Source of the DNA: an uncultured Verrucomicrobiae bacterium
Lineage (GTDB): Bacteria > Verrucomicrobiota > Verrucomicrobiia > Palsa-1439
Direction: 5' to 3'
Assembly (NCBI GenBank): GCA_963812605.1
Contig: CAWEWF010000001.1
Coordinates: forward strand, 352,001 to 416,000
DNA: 64,000 nt
The position numbers were made by a program, and so were the translations under genes. The stretch's first letter is position 1. Each line of letters opens with the position of its first letter. The notes beneath the pieces are model-generated. The model was not told where the DNA came from. It did not search any database and saw only the letters and a list, made by a program, of their open reading frames with translations. Shown here piece after piece: positions 41,518 to 49,901 of this stretch.

Positions 41518-41973
41518 ATGAATACATCCAAACTCCAGGCCCTCGCCCAGGATCTCCGCAAACGACCGCCACCCAGCCCGCACGAAAAACTCGGCGGCTA
41601 CGTGATTGCGATGCGCAGCCTCGTGAAATGCCGGGCGTTCCTGCTGGGCATGAACGGCGAATACAATTTTCACCCGTGCGGCCTTTCGGCGTTCCTGTGG
41701 CAGTTCACGGGCATCGCGCCCACCCCGTTCAAGGAATTCGTCGCGACCGGCGCGAGCGACGACGAGGTGGCGCACTGGATCCGCGAGCAGTCCAAGGTGA
41801 AGGACGCCGCGGCGATCATCCGCTGGAACCACCAGATGAAGTGCAAACTCCTCAGCGAGTTGGCGGACAGTTATCTCACCTACTACGAGACGTACATCCC
41901 GCAGTTTTGTCCGCATCCGAACCGCGTCCGTTTCTTCTTCGACGTGTACGACGACGAAGAAGACCGGCTTTAA
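41518..41973 (+). CDS. DUF5069 family protein
   Basis: DL...PP.SP.EKLGGY....R...KCRA...G..GEY....C motif; FD..D.EE tail. Confidence 0.85.
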   Translation: MNTSKLQALAQDLRKRPPPSPHEKLGGYVIAMRSLVKCRAFLLGMNGEYNFHPCGLSAFLWQFTGIAPTPFKEFVATGASDDEVAHWIREQSKVKDAAAIIRWNHQMKCKLLSELADSYLTYYETYIPQFCPHPNRVRFFFDVYDDEEDRL

Positions 41974-42000
41974 GCGGAACGGCGCCTCGGTTGCGGTGAA

Positions 42001-42498
42001 ATGGAGATCACCCTCAAACAAGCAACGGCGGCGCAAGCCGGGGCCGTCGCGAGGCTACGGGTCGCAGCCAATGAAAAACTCACGCGCGAGTTTGGGCGCG
42101 GGCCGTGGACATCCACCGTGACCGAGAAGGGAATCCTGTACGCCATGCGCCTGGGGCGTGTCTACGTTGTCCGGGATGGGCGAGCGATTATCGGCACCCT
42201 TCAATTGACCACGAAGAAGCCGTGGGCGATTGATCGATCGTACTTCAGCAAGTGTGAACGGCCGCTGTATCTCCTGGCGATGGCGGTCGAGCCGGACCGG
42301 CAACGGCGCGGCATCGGTCGCGCCATGCTGGAGGACGTGAAACGCATGGTGCGAGCGTGGCCGGGAGATACGATTCGGCTCGATGCGTATGACTTGCCCG
42401 GTGGCGGCGGCGAATTCTACGCCAAATGCGGTTACCGCGAAATGGGACGGGTCACCTATCGCGGCGCGCCGCTGATCTACTACGAGCTACTGTTGTAG
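42001..42498 (+). CDS. GNAT family N-acetyltransferase
   Basis: MAVEPDRQRRGIGRAML acetyl-CoA motif; FYAKCGY. Confidence 0.9.
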   Translation: MEITLKQATAAQAGAVARLRVAANEKLTREFGRGPWTSTVTEKGILYAMRLGRVYVVRDGRAIIGTLQLTTKKPWAIDRSYFSKCERPLYLLAMAVEPDRQRRGIGRAMLEDVKRMVRAWPGDTIRLDAYDLPGGGGEFYAKCGYREMGRVTYRGAPLIYYELLL

Positions 42499-42553
42499 AA
42501 CGCGGTCAGGCCGGCAATTGCAGACCACGGCGAGGCTGCGGTATTCTGACGTC

Positions 42554-42901
42554 ATGAATTTATCCATCGTGTACCGGACTGTGGTGCTGTTGATTTGCTC
42601 GAATACCTTTATGACCTTTGCGTGGTACGCCCACTTGCGAAACTGGGGCGACAAGAAATGGTACATCGCGGCGTTGTTGAGTTGGGGGATTGCGTTGTTC
42701 GAGTATTTGCTCCAGGTTCCCGCCAACCGCCTCGGTTACACCACCATGAGCCTGGCGCAATTGAAGGTGACCCAGGAAATCATCACGCTCACGGTGTTCG
42801 TGCCATTTGCTTTTTTCTACATGCGCCAACCGCTCAAGCTCGACCTTTTATGGGCCGGGGTTTGCCTGGTCGGCGCTGCGTACTTTATGTTTCGCGGATG
42901 A
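42554..42901 (+). CDS. DMT-superfamily small membrane protein (DUF486/DMT_6)
   Basis: SNTFMTFAWYAHL, SWGIALFEYLLQVPANR, QLK..QE. Confidence 0.92.
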   Translation: MNLSIVYRTVVLLICSNTFMTFAWYAHLRNWGDKKWYIAALLSWGIALFEYLLQVPANRLGYTTMSLAQLKVTQEIITLTVFVPFAFFYMRQPLKLDLLWAGVCLVGAAYFMFRG

Positions 42902-42977
42902 CGCTGCGTTGACCTCGAGACAAAACATCCACCGGCGATAGCGCTTCCGAAACCGCCGGCGGATTGTTCAGGACTTT

Positions 42978-43338
42978 CTAGTGGCGTTCTTCGTGTTTAT
43001 GGCGCGGGAACCTTGCGATGATCACGTCATGGTGCCGCCATGGTTCCCGTCCGTCTGCATCGAAATTCACGCTGGCCCCGAGGACAATGCCGGCCGGCAC
43101 GCGCGGTCCCGAACGCCATTCCCCATTGATCTGCCACCAGTAGACCTGTGTCTCCGGGCACGTAGTACACTTCCTCCTCGGGATAATAGGTGTAGTGATA
43201 CACAACCCCCGCCGGAGCCGCTTCGGGCCCGATATGTACGATTACGGTCGCCGCCGAAACACGGGGAACGATCATCGCAAATCCGCCGACCGCGATCATA
43301 AGAATCAGTCCGAATGATAATTTCTGTAACCGCTTCAT
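42978..43338 (-). CDS. Small secreted hypothetical protein, frameshift near 43155
   Basis: Signal peptide, YHYTYYPEEEVYYVP then ETQVYWW...PWRHH in the next frame; removing one base at gtgcccggag joins them. Confidence 0.7.
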
Positions 43339-43466
43339 GACTTATCCCTCCATTCGTTTTAATTACGGTTCTTTCATCCACTACTAATTTAATTGCGCCA
43401 TTTGCCGGAACAATCGGACATCTCACCGGTTTGCGTCTAGGCCGTGCGCCTAGTCATTAAAACAAT

Positions 43467-43495
43467 GAGGGCCGGGCTTTTGAAGCCCGGCCCTC
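43467..43495 (-). terminator. Intrinsic terminator of the SYLF gene
   Basis: 13-bp stem GAGGGCCGGGCTT/AAGCCCGGCCCTC followed on the minus strand by ATTGTTTT. Confidence 0.75.
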
Positions 43496-43523
43496 GAACT
43501 ACTCTGCTGTCACAGCCAACTCA

Positions 43524-44159
43524 CTATTGCGGCGGCGGCTGTGCCGGTGGTGTTGATGGTGCCGCTGGCGGCGTTGAAGACGGCGCCGGCTTTTCCGCTG
43601 GAGCCGTTTGCGTTGGCGCAGGTTCCGCACTGCTTAGTTCCCGGAACTTGAAGTGCTGTCCACCGACGCTGGCCTCGAACATCAGGCCCGACCTGTCCAT
43701 CGTATAGACGAGCACGCCATGCTGATATTTCGCCTCGGCGCCGGTGCCATCGGCTGCGATCGCGCCACTGAGGGCGGCGCTGAGGGCGGTCTTGCCATCC
43801 TTGAACTCATCGAGCGCCTGCTTTGTCTCGAAGAAGATCACCTCGGAATACGACTGGGCACCCAATTGCGCGCCGACCGTGGCCTGCGTCAGCTTTGCCG
43901 TACCGACCAACCTTCCCCCTTCAAATACCTCCCCCCGGCCTTCCGCTCCACCGATGCCGATCGCACCTTTGCCGACCGACGGAAAGATGGCATATCCATA
44001 GGCAGAGTCGAACAGTGGGGCCAGTTTTTGATTGTTCCGGAACATGTGCACGGCATCCTGAACCTCCGTGTCCAACCGGACCGCGTCGGCGGCCGCTGCC
44101 GCGATCGCGCCCACCACTGTCAGTGTTGCGATCAAACTTACCATGCGTAACATCTTCAT
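43524..44159 (-). CDS. Secreted Ysc84/SYLF lipid-binding domain protein
   Basis: AYGYAIFPSVGKG..GIGG..G.G, G.QLG.Q, GLMFEASVGGQ.F; Pro-rich tail. Confidence 0.88.
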   Translation of the reverse strand: MKMLRMVSLIATLTVVGAIAAAAADAVRLDTEVQDAVHMFRNNQKLAPLFDSAYGYAIFPSVGKGAIGIGGAEGRGEVFEGGRLVGTAKLTQATVGAQLGAQSYSEVIFFETKQALDEFKDGKTALSAALSGAIAADGTGAEAKYQHGVLVYTMDRSGLMFEASVGGQHFKFRELSSAEPAPTQTAPAEKPAPSSTPPAAPSTPPAQPPPQ

Positions 44160-44443
44160 TTTGCGTCCCTCCATGCTTGTTGTTTTCAGAACAACCGAAG
44201 CCCCGGCCGATTGTTTTGTCACCCGACTTATTTGTCAGTGCCAACGCAACCAGCCAAAGGTCTCTCGTTGTTCTGCGATAATCTCGACCTGGAGATGGGC
44301 GGTCGCAATCGGGCGAATGCCTGATCTGTTTCTAGGAGATTCTCTGTATGCCCTCTGTCGCGAGTCGAAAGAGAGTAAAACAGTTGGCGCGAAGGACTTG
44401 AAGCTGCTGGCGAACCCCATTACTGTCGTCTTTACGATGGGGA

Positions 44444-44623
44444 CAGCGCCTGGCAACCGAGGAGGACGTTGCCAGGGTCATCTTCACCGCCGCCACCGAT
44501 GGCACGGACCAACTGCGCTACGTCGCCACCGACGACATTCTGCCGCTCGTCAAGGCCCGGCGCGAAACGTCCGAAGAGCAGTACATGAAGTTCATGCGGT
44601 CGCGTTACCAGCCGCGAGGGTGA
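44444..44623 (+). pseudogene. C-terminal remnant of an SDR oxidoreductase
   Basis: Read manually: QRLATEEDVARVIFTAATDGTDQLRYVATDDILPLVKARRETSEEQYMKFMRSRY; no N-terminal Rossmann part upstream. Confidence 0.65.
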
Positions 44624-44656
44624 GGTAAATTGCGGCGGACGCCGATGAGGATAAAC

Positions 44657-44854
44657 TCAACGTTCTCGGCGCACAACGCGGACAACATCTCTTTGTAATC
44701 TTCGTTCCACATCGTGCTGAGGGCTGAGCGCGGCGACTTCGCGGGTGATGGGCCAGACCATCAACACCCGTTCCTCGATGGTGCCGGGAACGTAGTTGTC
44801 GTCCGTATGATCGCCGAGCGCGGACTTGGTAATGGCCTGACGGTCGAGTTTCAC
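44657..44854 (-). CDS. Small hypothetical protein, putative partner/antitoxin of a nucleotidyltransferase
   Basis: T.EERV.MVW.IT...ERRLQRDVVRV pattern; TTGCCC-N16-TATAAT-N6-GTG leaderless promoter; overlapped by NVEFILIG stub. Confidence 0.6.
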   Translation of the reverse strand: MKLDRQAITKSALGDHTDDNYVPGTIEERVLMVWPITREVAALSPQHDVERRLQRDVVRVVRRER

Positions 44855-44920
44855 AGCGCTATTATACCCCGCCGGGTCCGCGGGGCAAGCCTCGCCGCGG
44901 GTAGGTAGTGTCCTAATCTT

Positions 44921-45019
44921 GGAGGGCCACGCTCTGTCGTGGCCGCATTGGGTTTTGTAGCCGAAGCGTAAGCTTCGGTGGTAGCAATGCAGATTCCCGA
45001 AGCTTACGCTTCGGCTACA
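44921..45019. repeat. GGAG-type REP plus a perfect 23-bp GTAG-type inverted repeat pair
   Basis: GGAGGGCCACGCTCTGTCGTGGCCG; TGTAGCCGAAGCGTAAGCTTCGG (44956-44978) / CCGAAGCTTACGCTTCGGCTACA (44997-45019). Confidence 0.85.
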
Positions 45020-45520
45020 GTCGGCGGCTGCAAATCAAGACATCACCACGAGTAACGAGAGGGGTCGCGCGGCGGGACTGCGCTTCACCAGGCAGCTACG
45101 CGCCGGGCTCGGCTTGCCATGGAGAATCGATTCGCCAATATCACCAGCGGCAACGGGAAACGGCAGGTACCGCCAATGCATGGTAGTGCCATGTATCAGC
45201 GCTGGAAGAGAGACGGGGTTCGGGACGACGGTTGTGTAAAGCCGGTGAGCAACAAAGCAGTTTGTGTTAAGCAATTCGCGTTTTACTTTACACAAACGCA
45301 ACGGGGCGGCTGCGATCAAATGACTGAAATGCCGTCGTAGTTCGTACAGAAGGCGATGACCTCTTTCCGTGTGTCGCAGGTACGGGTCGTGAGATGGGCG
45401 TCGTCAGCGGACTCGGTGGCGCTGTCGAACAAAACTTGATAGAACCTCAGGACTTTGCTTTCATAGGGCACATCCAACACTTACTAAAGTTGTTCGTTCG
45501 TCTTCACTCAATCGAGGACC

Positions 45521-46132
45521 ATGTTCAAGAAAGCGCCCGATGCTCAAAACCGAAAGCGAGATGAAACCTTTATGTGTCGTCCTTTAATCATTGAGAGACA
45601 TGGCGTCGAGAAAGTGCGTGGACAAACCTGCAGTGGTGAAAAATCATTTGCAGACCTTTCGATTTACCGGGTGACGTTACCTAACGAAGATTATTTGGAC
45701 GTTGCTTATGCTATCTGGAAGAACGGCGAGCGTGACATTCATACGTATCGGGTTGAAAGCTCAATTCGGGCGCTGCGAAGACTGGATCATGGCTTACGCC
45801 TATCTATCGACCGATATTCGTCACGTATTTCGGCCGTCGAATTACGCCAAGCACGTCTGGTAGAAAACACGCCGAAACAGTGGTCAAGATGCTTCAAGGC
45901 TTCGCTGAAGGAATTGCGGGAAGGGGCAGGTCTAAATTGCGTAAAGGTGCTTCGGAGGGCAGGAGCCGAAGCAATCGGAACGAAGCAGGATGTGTTCGAA
46001 GATAATGGAAAGCGGCGGGACTTTCTCTGCGCTACGTTCAAATCGGAGGCGCAATGGCCTCCAATTCTTGCTTACGTTGTTTCAAGGATACTGCCCTTGA
46101 TGCGCGGATACCGACACAAAGATTATGGATAA
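45521..46132 (+). CDS. Hypothetical protein (203 aa), accessory islet
   Basis: Long ORF with GAGGA RBS in AT-richer DNA; no motif recognised. Confidence 0.65.
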   Translation: MFKKAPDAQNRKRDETFMCRPLIIERHGVEKVRGQTCSGEKSFADLSIYRVTLPNEDYLDVAYAIWKNGERDIHTYRVESSIRALRRLDHGLRLSIDRYSSRISAVELRQARLVENTPKQWSRCFKASLKELREGAGLNCVKVLRRAGAEAIGTKQDVFEDNGKRRDFLCATFKSEAQWPPILAYVVSRILPLMRGYRHKDYG

Positions 46133-46159
46133 CGATAAAATACAGCAACAGGAGGGTCA

Positions 46160-46393
46160 ATGAAAGGCAGGCAAAAAGGACGCCCGACGAAGTGGGTTCA
46201 TGCCACGATCGAGCAGTCGATATTCGTGGATCGAGCTGGATTCACGTTTTCGGTGTGGCGTAAATGGAAGCGCAATAGAAGTATGGTGGGCACTTTGACC
46301 GTCAGCGTGGGTGGTCTCAGATGGTTGCCGGCGAGGGGGAAAGCCCGCCGTCGACGCACTTGGGGAGAAATTGCGGACTGGCTAAGTGAATAG
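46160..46393 (+). CDS. Small basic hypothetical protein (77 aa)
   Basis: AGGAGG RBS; GTLTVSVGGLRWLP...W.EIADW beta-rich pattern. Confidence 0.7.
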   Translation: MKGRQKGRPTKWVHATIEQSIFVDRAGFTFSVWRKWKRNRSMVGTLTVSVGGLRWLPARGKARRRRTWGEIADWLSE

Positions 46394-46456
46394 CGGCAGC
46401 CCGCCCGCCGCTCGGTCCACGACAGTCGTCCATTAATTAATTTGGAGAAAACTACG

Positions 46457-47173
46457 ATGAGACAGCACGAAGCGGTCATGGAGGTAATGCAGTCAAATGG
46501 CGGCTACGCTACCCTCGGCAGGCTTTACAAGGAGGCGCTGAAAGTTCCGGGTGCGGATTGGACGAAGACCAAGACTCCATTTAAATCCATCAACCGTATT
46601 GTTCAGGACGAAAGATTCTTCTTCCGAATTCGCCCCGGTCTCTGGGCGCTTAAAGATTGGAAGGGCAAACTTCCAAAGGAAATCGCGAATATCACGGACC
46701 CAGAATACAGTCATGGGTACTTCCAAGGCCTGTTGGTTGAACTCGGTAACTTGGAGAAGTTCGAAACCTTCGTCACCGCGCGAGACCGCAATCGGACTTT
46801 CATGTCGAAGCCGCTCGGCACCGTGGCGACTCTAAGTGAGATGTACCTGTTCACATATGATGAAATCGTCAAACGGGCAAAGATGGTCGATGTTGTTTGG
46901 TTTAATGACCGTAAAATGCCGCATACGTTCTTTGAGGTTGAACACACATCGGACTTCGACGCATCGCTACTGAAGTTTTTGAAATTCCAAGATTTTCATT
47001 GTCAGTTTCGAATTGTGGCGTCGGAGAACAAAGAAAAAGAATACGCCGACAAGATCGCGCATTTTGCCTACAAGGCCATTGCCAACCGCACAAAATTTAC
47101 GAGCTACAAAGTACTCTCGGACTATCATTCAAAGGCTCACGAAGCCGCCGTCGCTAAACGCCTCTGGGACTAG
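46457..47173 (+). CDS. Winged-helix + PD-(D/E)XK restriction-endonuclease-like protein
   Basis: N-terminal HARE-HTH-like GGYATLG.LY...KTPF.SI.RIVQ...F.RIRPGLWAL; C-terminal VDVVW...FFEVEHTS nuclease motif. Confidence 0.75.
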   Translation: MRQHEAVMEVMQSNGGYATLGRLYKEALKVPGADWTKTKTPFKSINRIVQDERFFFRIRPGLWALKDWKGKLPKEIANITDPEYSHGYFQGLLVELGNLEKFETFVTARDRNRTFMSKPLGTVATLSEMYLFTYDEIVKRAKMVDVVWFNDRKMPHTFFEVEHTSDFDASLLKFLKFQDFHCQFRIVASENKEKEYADKIAHFAYKAIANRTKFTSYKVLSDYHSKAHEAAVAKRLWD

Positions 47174-48526
47174 CGCGTTTTCACTCTCAAAATCTCCGTC
47201 TCGCACCGCACGATGTGTGTCGTCTGGAGCTTTACTGACTGTGGAGTGTGCGTCCAGGCGGATTGGACGTCGGCGTCGACGGTAGTATGGACGACGCTGC
47301 CGGTGCGGGCTTGGGCGCACGAGAGGAAGACGAATTTCGTCTCGTGGAAGATGCTCTCGGTCTGGATTTCCGGTACGTCCGCCATTTCTCTGATCCGATC
47401 CATAGATCCGCTGCCGGGATCAAGATCATTCTGCGAAAAAGTTGGTATCTGGGACGCAACGGAGAACGACAGAGACCCTTCGACAAGCTCAGGGTGACAA
47501 CCTGGCGGTTGCTCCTGACGCACCACGGAGACCTCGACACGGACGCGGAATTCACGGAGCCAGATTTGTATGATTTCGCGGTCGGCGCGTTTGGCGGCAA
47601 GTTCAATGTGGCGGTAATCCAGTTCGATACCGATAAATAGTCGGTGTAGTTGCGCACAGGCGACAGCAGTTGTGCCGCTTCCGAGGAATGGGTCAAGAAC
47701 GCAGTTGCTTTCGTTGGTGGCCGCAAGCACGCACCGTTCGATGAGTGCTACGGGCTTCTGTGTTGAATGTCTGCCAAACGTTTTCTCCGCCTTGCCCGGC
47801 GCGCGCATAGTCCACACCGTTTTCATCTGTTGCCGGTTGACGGCTTTCATGGCTTTGTAGTTGAAGACGTGTTTGCTCTTGTCGGTTTTGGCGGCCCAGA
47901 GGATGGTTTCGGTGGAGTGGGTGAAGTAGCGGCACGAGAGGTTCGGCGGCGGGTTCGGTTTTTCCCAGGCGATGTCGTTGAGAATCTTGATGCCGAGCTG
48001 TTGCATCGCGTAGCCGACGCTGAAAATGACGTGGTGGGTGCCGGTGACCCAAATGGTGCCGTTGGGTTTGAGGACGCGCTGGCAGCGCTTCAGCCATTCG
48101 GTGTTGAATTCGTGGTTTAGCTCGGGACCGCGACTCTTGTCCCAAGTCGCCTTTGTCCACTTTGACCATCTTGCCCGCGTGACAGGTGATGCCGCCGTTG
48201 GAGAGGAAGTAGGGCGGGTCGGCGAACACCATGTCGAAACAGCCGTCGGGATGTTTCGCAGCGATGGCGTCGAGGACCTCAAGACAGTCGCCCTGGTAGA
48301 GGAAGATGCCGTGGGGGTCGTCGCGGTAGACGCAATTGAGCGGCGCGAGCGCGCCGGGTTCCATGACGACGCCGTCGAGGGGATTATTGGAGTCGGAGGT
48401 GATAAGGCGTTCGGATGGGGCGGGGTAATTGACGGGGCGGACAGGATGAACGGGCGGGACGCCCGTTCTACGCGGACGGATGGCAGGCGAGACGCCTACC
48501 CCACTATTTTTTGGTTTCCTCGCCAC
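47170..48526 (-). CDS. Beta-class DNA adenine methyltransferase (DpnA-like) with N- and C-terminal extensions, frameshift near 48145
   Basis: DMVFADPPYFLSNGG...VDKGD|WDKS, WEKPNPPPNLSCRYFTHSTE.ILWA, QMK.VW, H.TQKP, LDPFLGSGTT; motif order IV...I. Confidence 0.88.
47390..47428. repeat. GATC-rich box 1 (5 GATC in 36 bp), direct repeat of box 2
   Basis: ctGATCcGATCcataGATCcgctgccggGATCaaGATCa; GATC at 47392, 47397, 47405, 47418, 47424. Confidence 0.85.
47471..47500. repeat. REP-like palindrome in-frame in the methyltransferase tail (CHPELVEGSL)
   Basis: agagacccttcgacaagctcagggtgacaa; same family as 14115 and 14867. Confidence 0.75.
48448..48506. repeat. Two-unit REP element in-frame in the methyltransferase N-terminus
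   Basis: gaacgggcgggacgcccgttc...ggcaggcgagacgcctaccccacta; inverted relative of 14502-14564. Confidence 0.8.
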
Positions 48527-48529
48527 AGG

Positions 48530-48568
48530 CTGATCAGATCCATAGGATCGGGGATCGGATCAAGATCA
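48530..48568. repeat. GATC-rich box 2 (6 GATC in 36 bp) immediately upstream of the methyltransferase start
   Basis: ctGATCaGATCcatagGATCgggGATCgGATCaaGATCa; GATC at 48532, 48537, 48546, 48553, 48558, 48564. Confidence 0.85.
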
Positions 48569-48660
48569 ATATCATTAAGCTTTTGGGGTGGTGGAGGACG
48601 CGGGCGCGATGCGATGCTGAAGGTTGACGAAGTGGCGGGGAGGGCGTAATTTGGCGTGGT

Positions 48661-48858
48661 ATGAGCGGCAAGGAATTGGCCAAACAGGTGGCGACTCTTT
48701 CTGACAAAGAGCGTGAGGCGTTTATTGCTGAACTGTTTACTTACGAGGATATTGTGGAGGATTTGGGGGACATACTCCTCGTGCGCGAGCGACGGAATGA
48801 GCCGTCCATTCCGTTTTCCGAGGTGGTCGAGAGGTTGAAGCGCGACAAGCTCGTATGA
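48661..48858 (+). CDS. Putative antitoxin (65 aa)
   Basis: ED..D......RRNEPSIPFSEV..RL tail typical of RelE-partner antitoxins; TTGACG-N17-TAATTT-N8-ATG promoter. Confidence 0.7.
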   Translation: MSGKELAKQVATLSDKEREAFIAELFTYEDIVEDLGDILLVRERRNEPSIPFSEVVERLKRDKLV

Positions 48859-48926
48859 GCTACGCCCTGGCGTTCAAGCCATCATCTTCACAACCAGTCG
48901 GGGCGCTGAGGCCCCTCCCACGTTAA
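48855..48926 (+). pseudogene. Truncated RelE-like toxin stub
   Basis: ATGA overlap with the antitoxin; MSYALAFKPS matches the RelE N-terminal pattern (MSY.+.F..SA), then unrelated sequence and a stop after 23 aa. Confidence 0.55.
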
Positions 48927-48950
48927 GAATTGAGAAATCCGGGCGAGGCA

Positions 48951-48982
48951 CCCACCCCTTTATCCCCTCCGTGGAGGGGAAC
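48951..48982. repeat. REP-like palindrome CCCACCCC...CCCCTCCGTGGAGGGGA
   Basis: Hairpin tcccctcc-gt-ggagggga at the right edge of the islet; may also terminate the USP gene. Confidence 0.6.
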
Positions 48983-48988
48983 CGCTGG

Positions 48989-49885
48989 CTAGGTGGTTTT
49001 GGGATTGGGGCCGGTGGGGCGGTGGAGGAGGTGGTTGATGAGGCCGCCGAGGCCGTCGGGTTTTGTGCCGCTGCGGACGACGAGCACGGGGAGTTCGGCG
49101 CGGTTGACGATTTCGCGGGTGATGTTGCCCATGATGTAGGTGCGGAGTCGGTCGTGGGCGGGAGAGGAACCGGACATCACGAGGTCGTATTCGGTGCGCT
49201 GCAATTCTTCGAGCAATTCGTCGAGGACCAGGCCGTGTTGGAGGTGGACCTCGCAGGGAACGCCCATTTTCTCGAGCAGCTCTTTCTGATGGCGCAGGCT
49301 GCGGCCGAGTTTGGAGCTGGATTGGAGCACCTGACTGACATCGTCCTCGGATTTCACCATGTTGGCGTAAACGGCGGGCGGTTCGGCGAGCACATGGAGC
49401 AGATCGACTGAGGCATTCACGCGGCGGGCGATCTCACCCGCAAACTGCACGGTCGGGTCGGCTTGTTCCGTGCCGCCGGTGCAGAGCAGGATGCGACGCA
49501 ACGCAGCGCGCTCGCCGATGACGACGAGCACGGGGGGTTCGACCGATTCGATGATTTTATAGGCGCGGGCGGACATGCACATGGGTCCGCGGCTGCCTTT
49601 GCGCGCGGCGCCGATGACGACGAGATCGTAATGGCCTTCCTGCGTGCGCTTGATGATTTCGGGCACGGGCCGGCCAGCTTTCGTGATCAACTCGGCATTG
49701 AGATGGTACTCCTTCAGGATTTCCTGCGCCCGTCGCAATGCCTGCAAAACCTTGTCCTCCTGCCCGGCTTTTTCGACAATGCCCAAGATGGAGGTTTCCG
49801 CCTGGCAGGCGGCGGCGATCAACGCGCCGAACCGCACGGCGTTCTCGGCCTGGCTTGAACCGTCACTGCAGAAAAGAATTTTCAT
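48989..49885 (-). CDS. Universal stress protein (tandem Usp domains)
   Basis: ILFCSDGS, YDLVVIGA, YDLVMSGS...MGNIT..IV...PVLVV. Confidence 0.92.
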   Translation of the reverse strand: MKILFCSDGSSQAENAVRFGALIAAACQAETSILGIVEKAGQEDKVLQALRRAQEILKEYHLNAELITKAGRPVPEIIKRTQEGHYDLVVIGAARKGSRGPMCMSARAYKIIESVEPPVLVVIGERAALRRILLCTGGTEQADPTVQFAGEIARRVNASVDLLHVLAEPPAVYANMVKSEDDVSQVLQSSSKLGRSLRHQKELLEKMGVPCEVHLQHGLVLDELLEELQRTEYDLVMSGSSPAHDRLRTYIMGNITREIVNRAELPVLVVRSGTKPDGLGGLINHLLHRPTGPNPKTT

Positions 49886-49901
49886 GTGTTTGTCGTTTTA
49901 T

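Noticed and set aside
45035-45480. Short ORFs in the left part of the islet
   Set aside because: No motif or clear start signals; may be decayed gene remnants but cannot be assigned.
47390-48568. GATC clusters as a replication origin
   Set aside because: No DnaA boxes, AT-rich unwinding element or dnaA/dnaN nearby; the boxes bracket a methyltransferase gene.
44330-48990. Integrase/prophage or integron origin of the islet
   Set aside because: No integrase, transposase, tRNA target or convincing attC sites visible.
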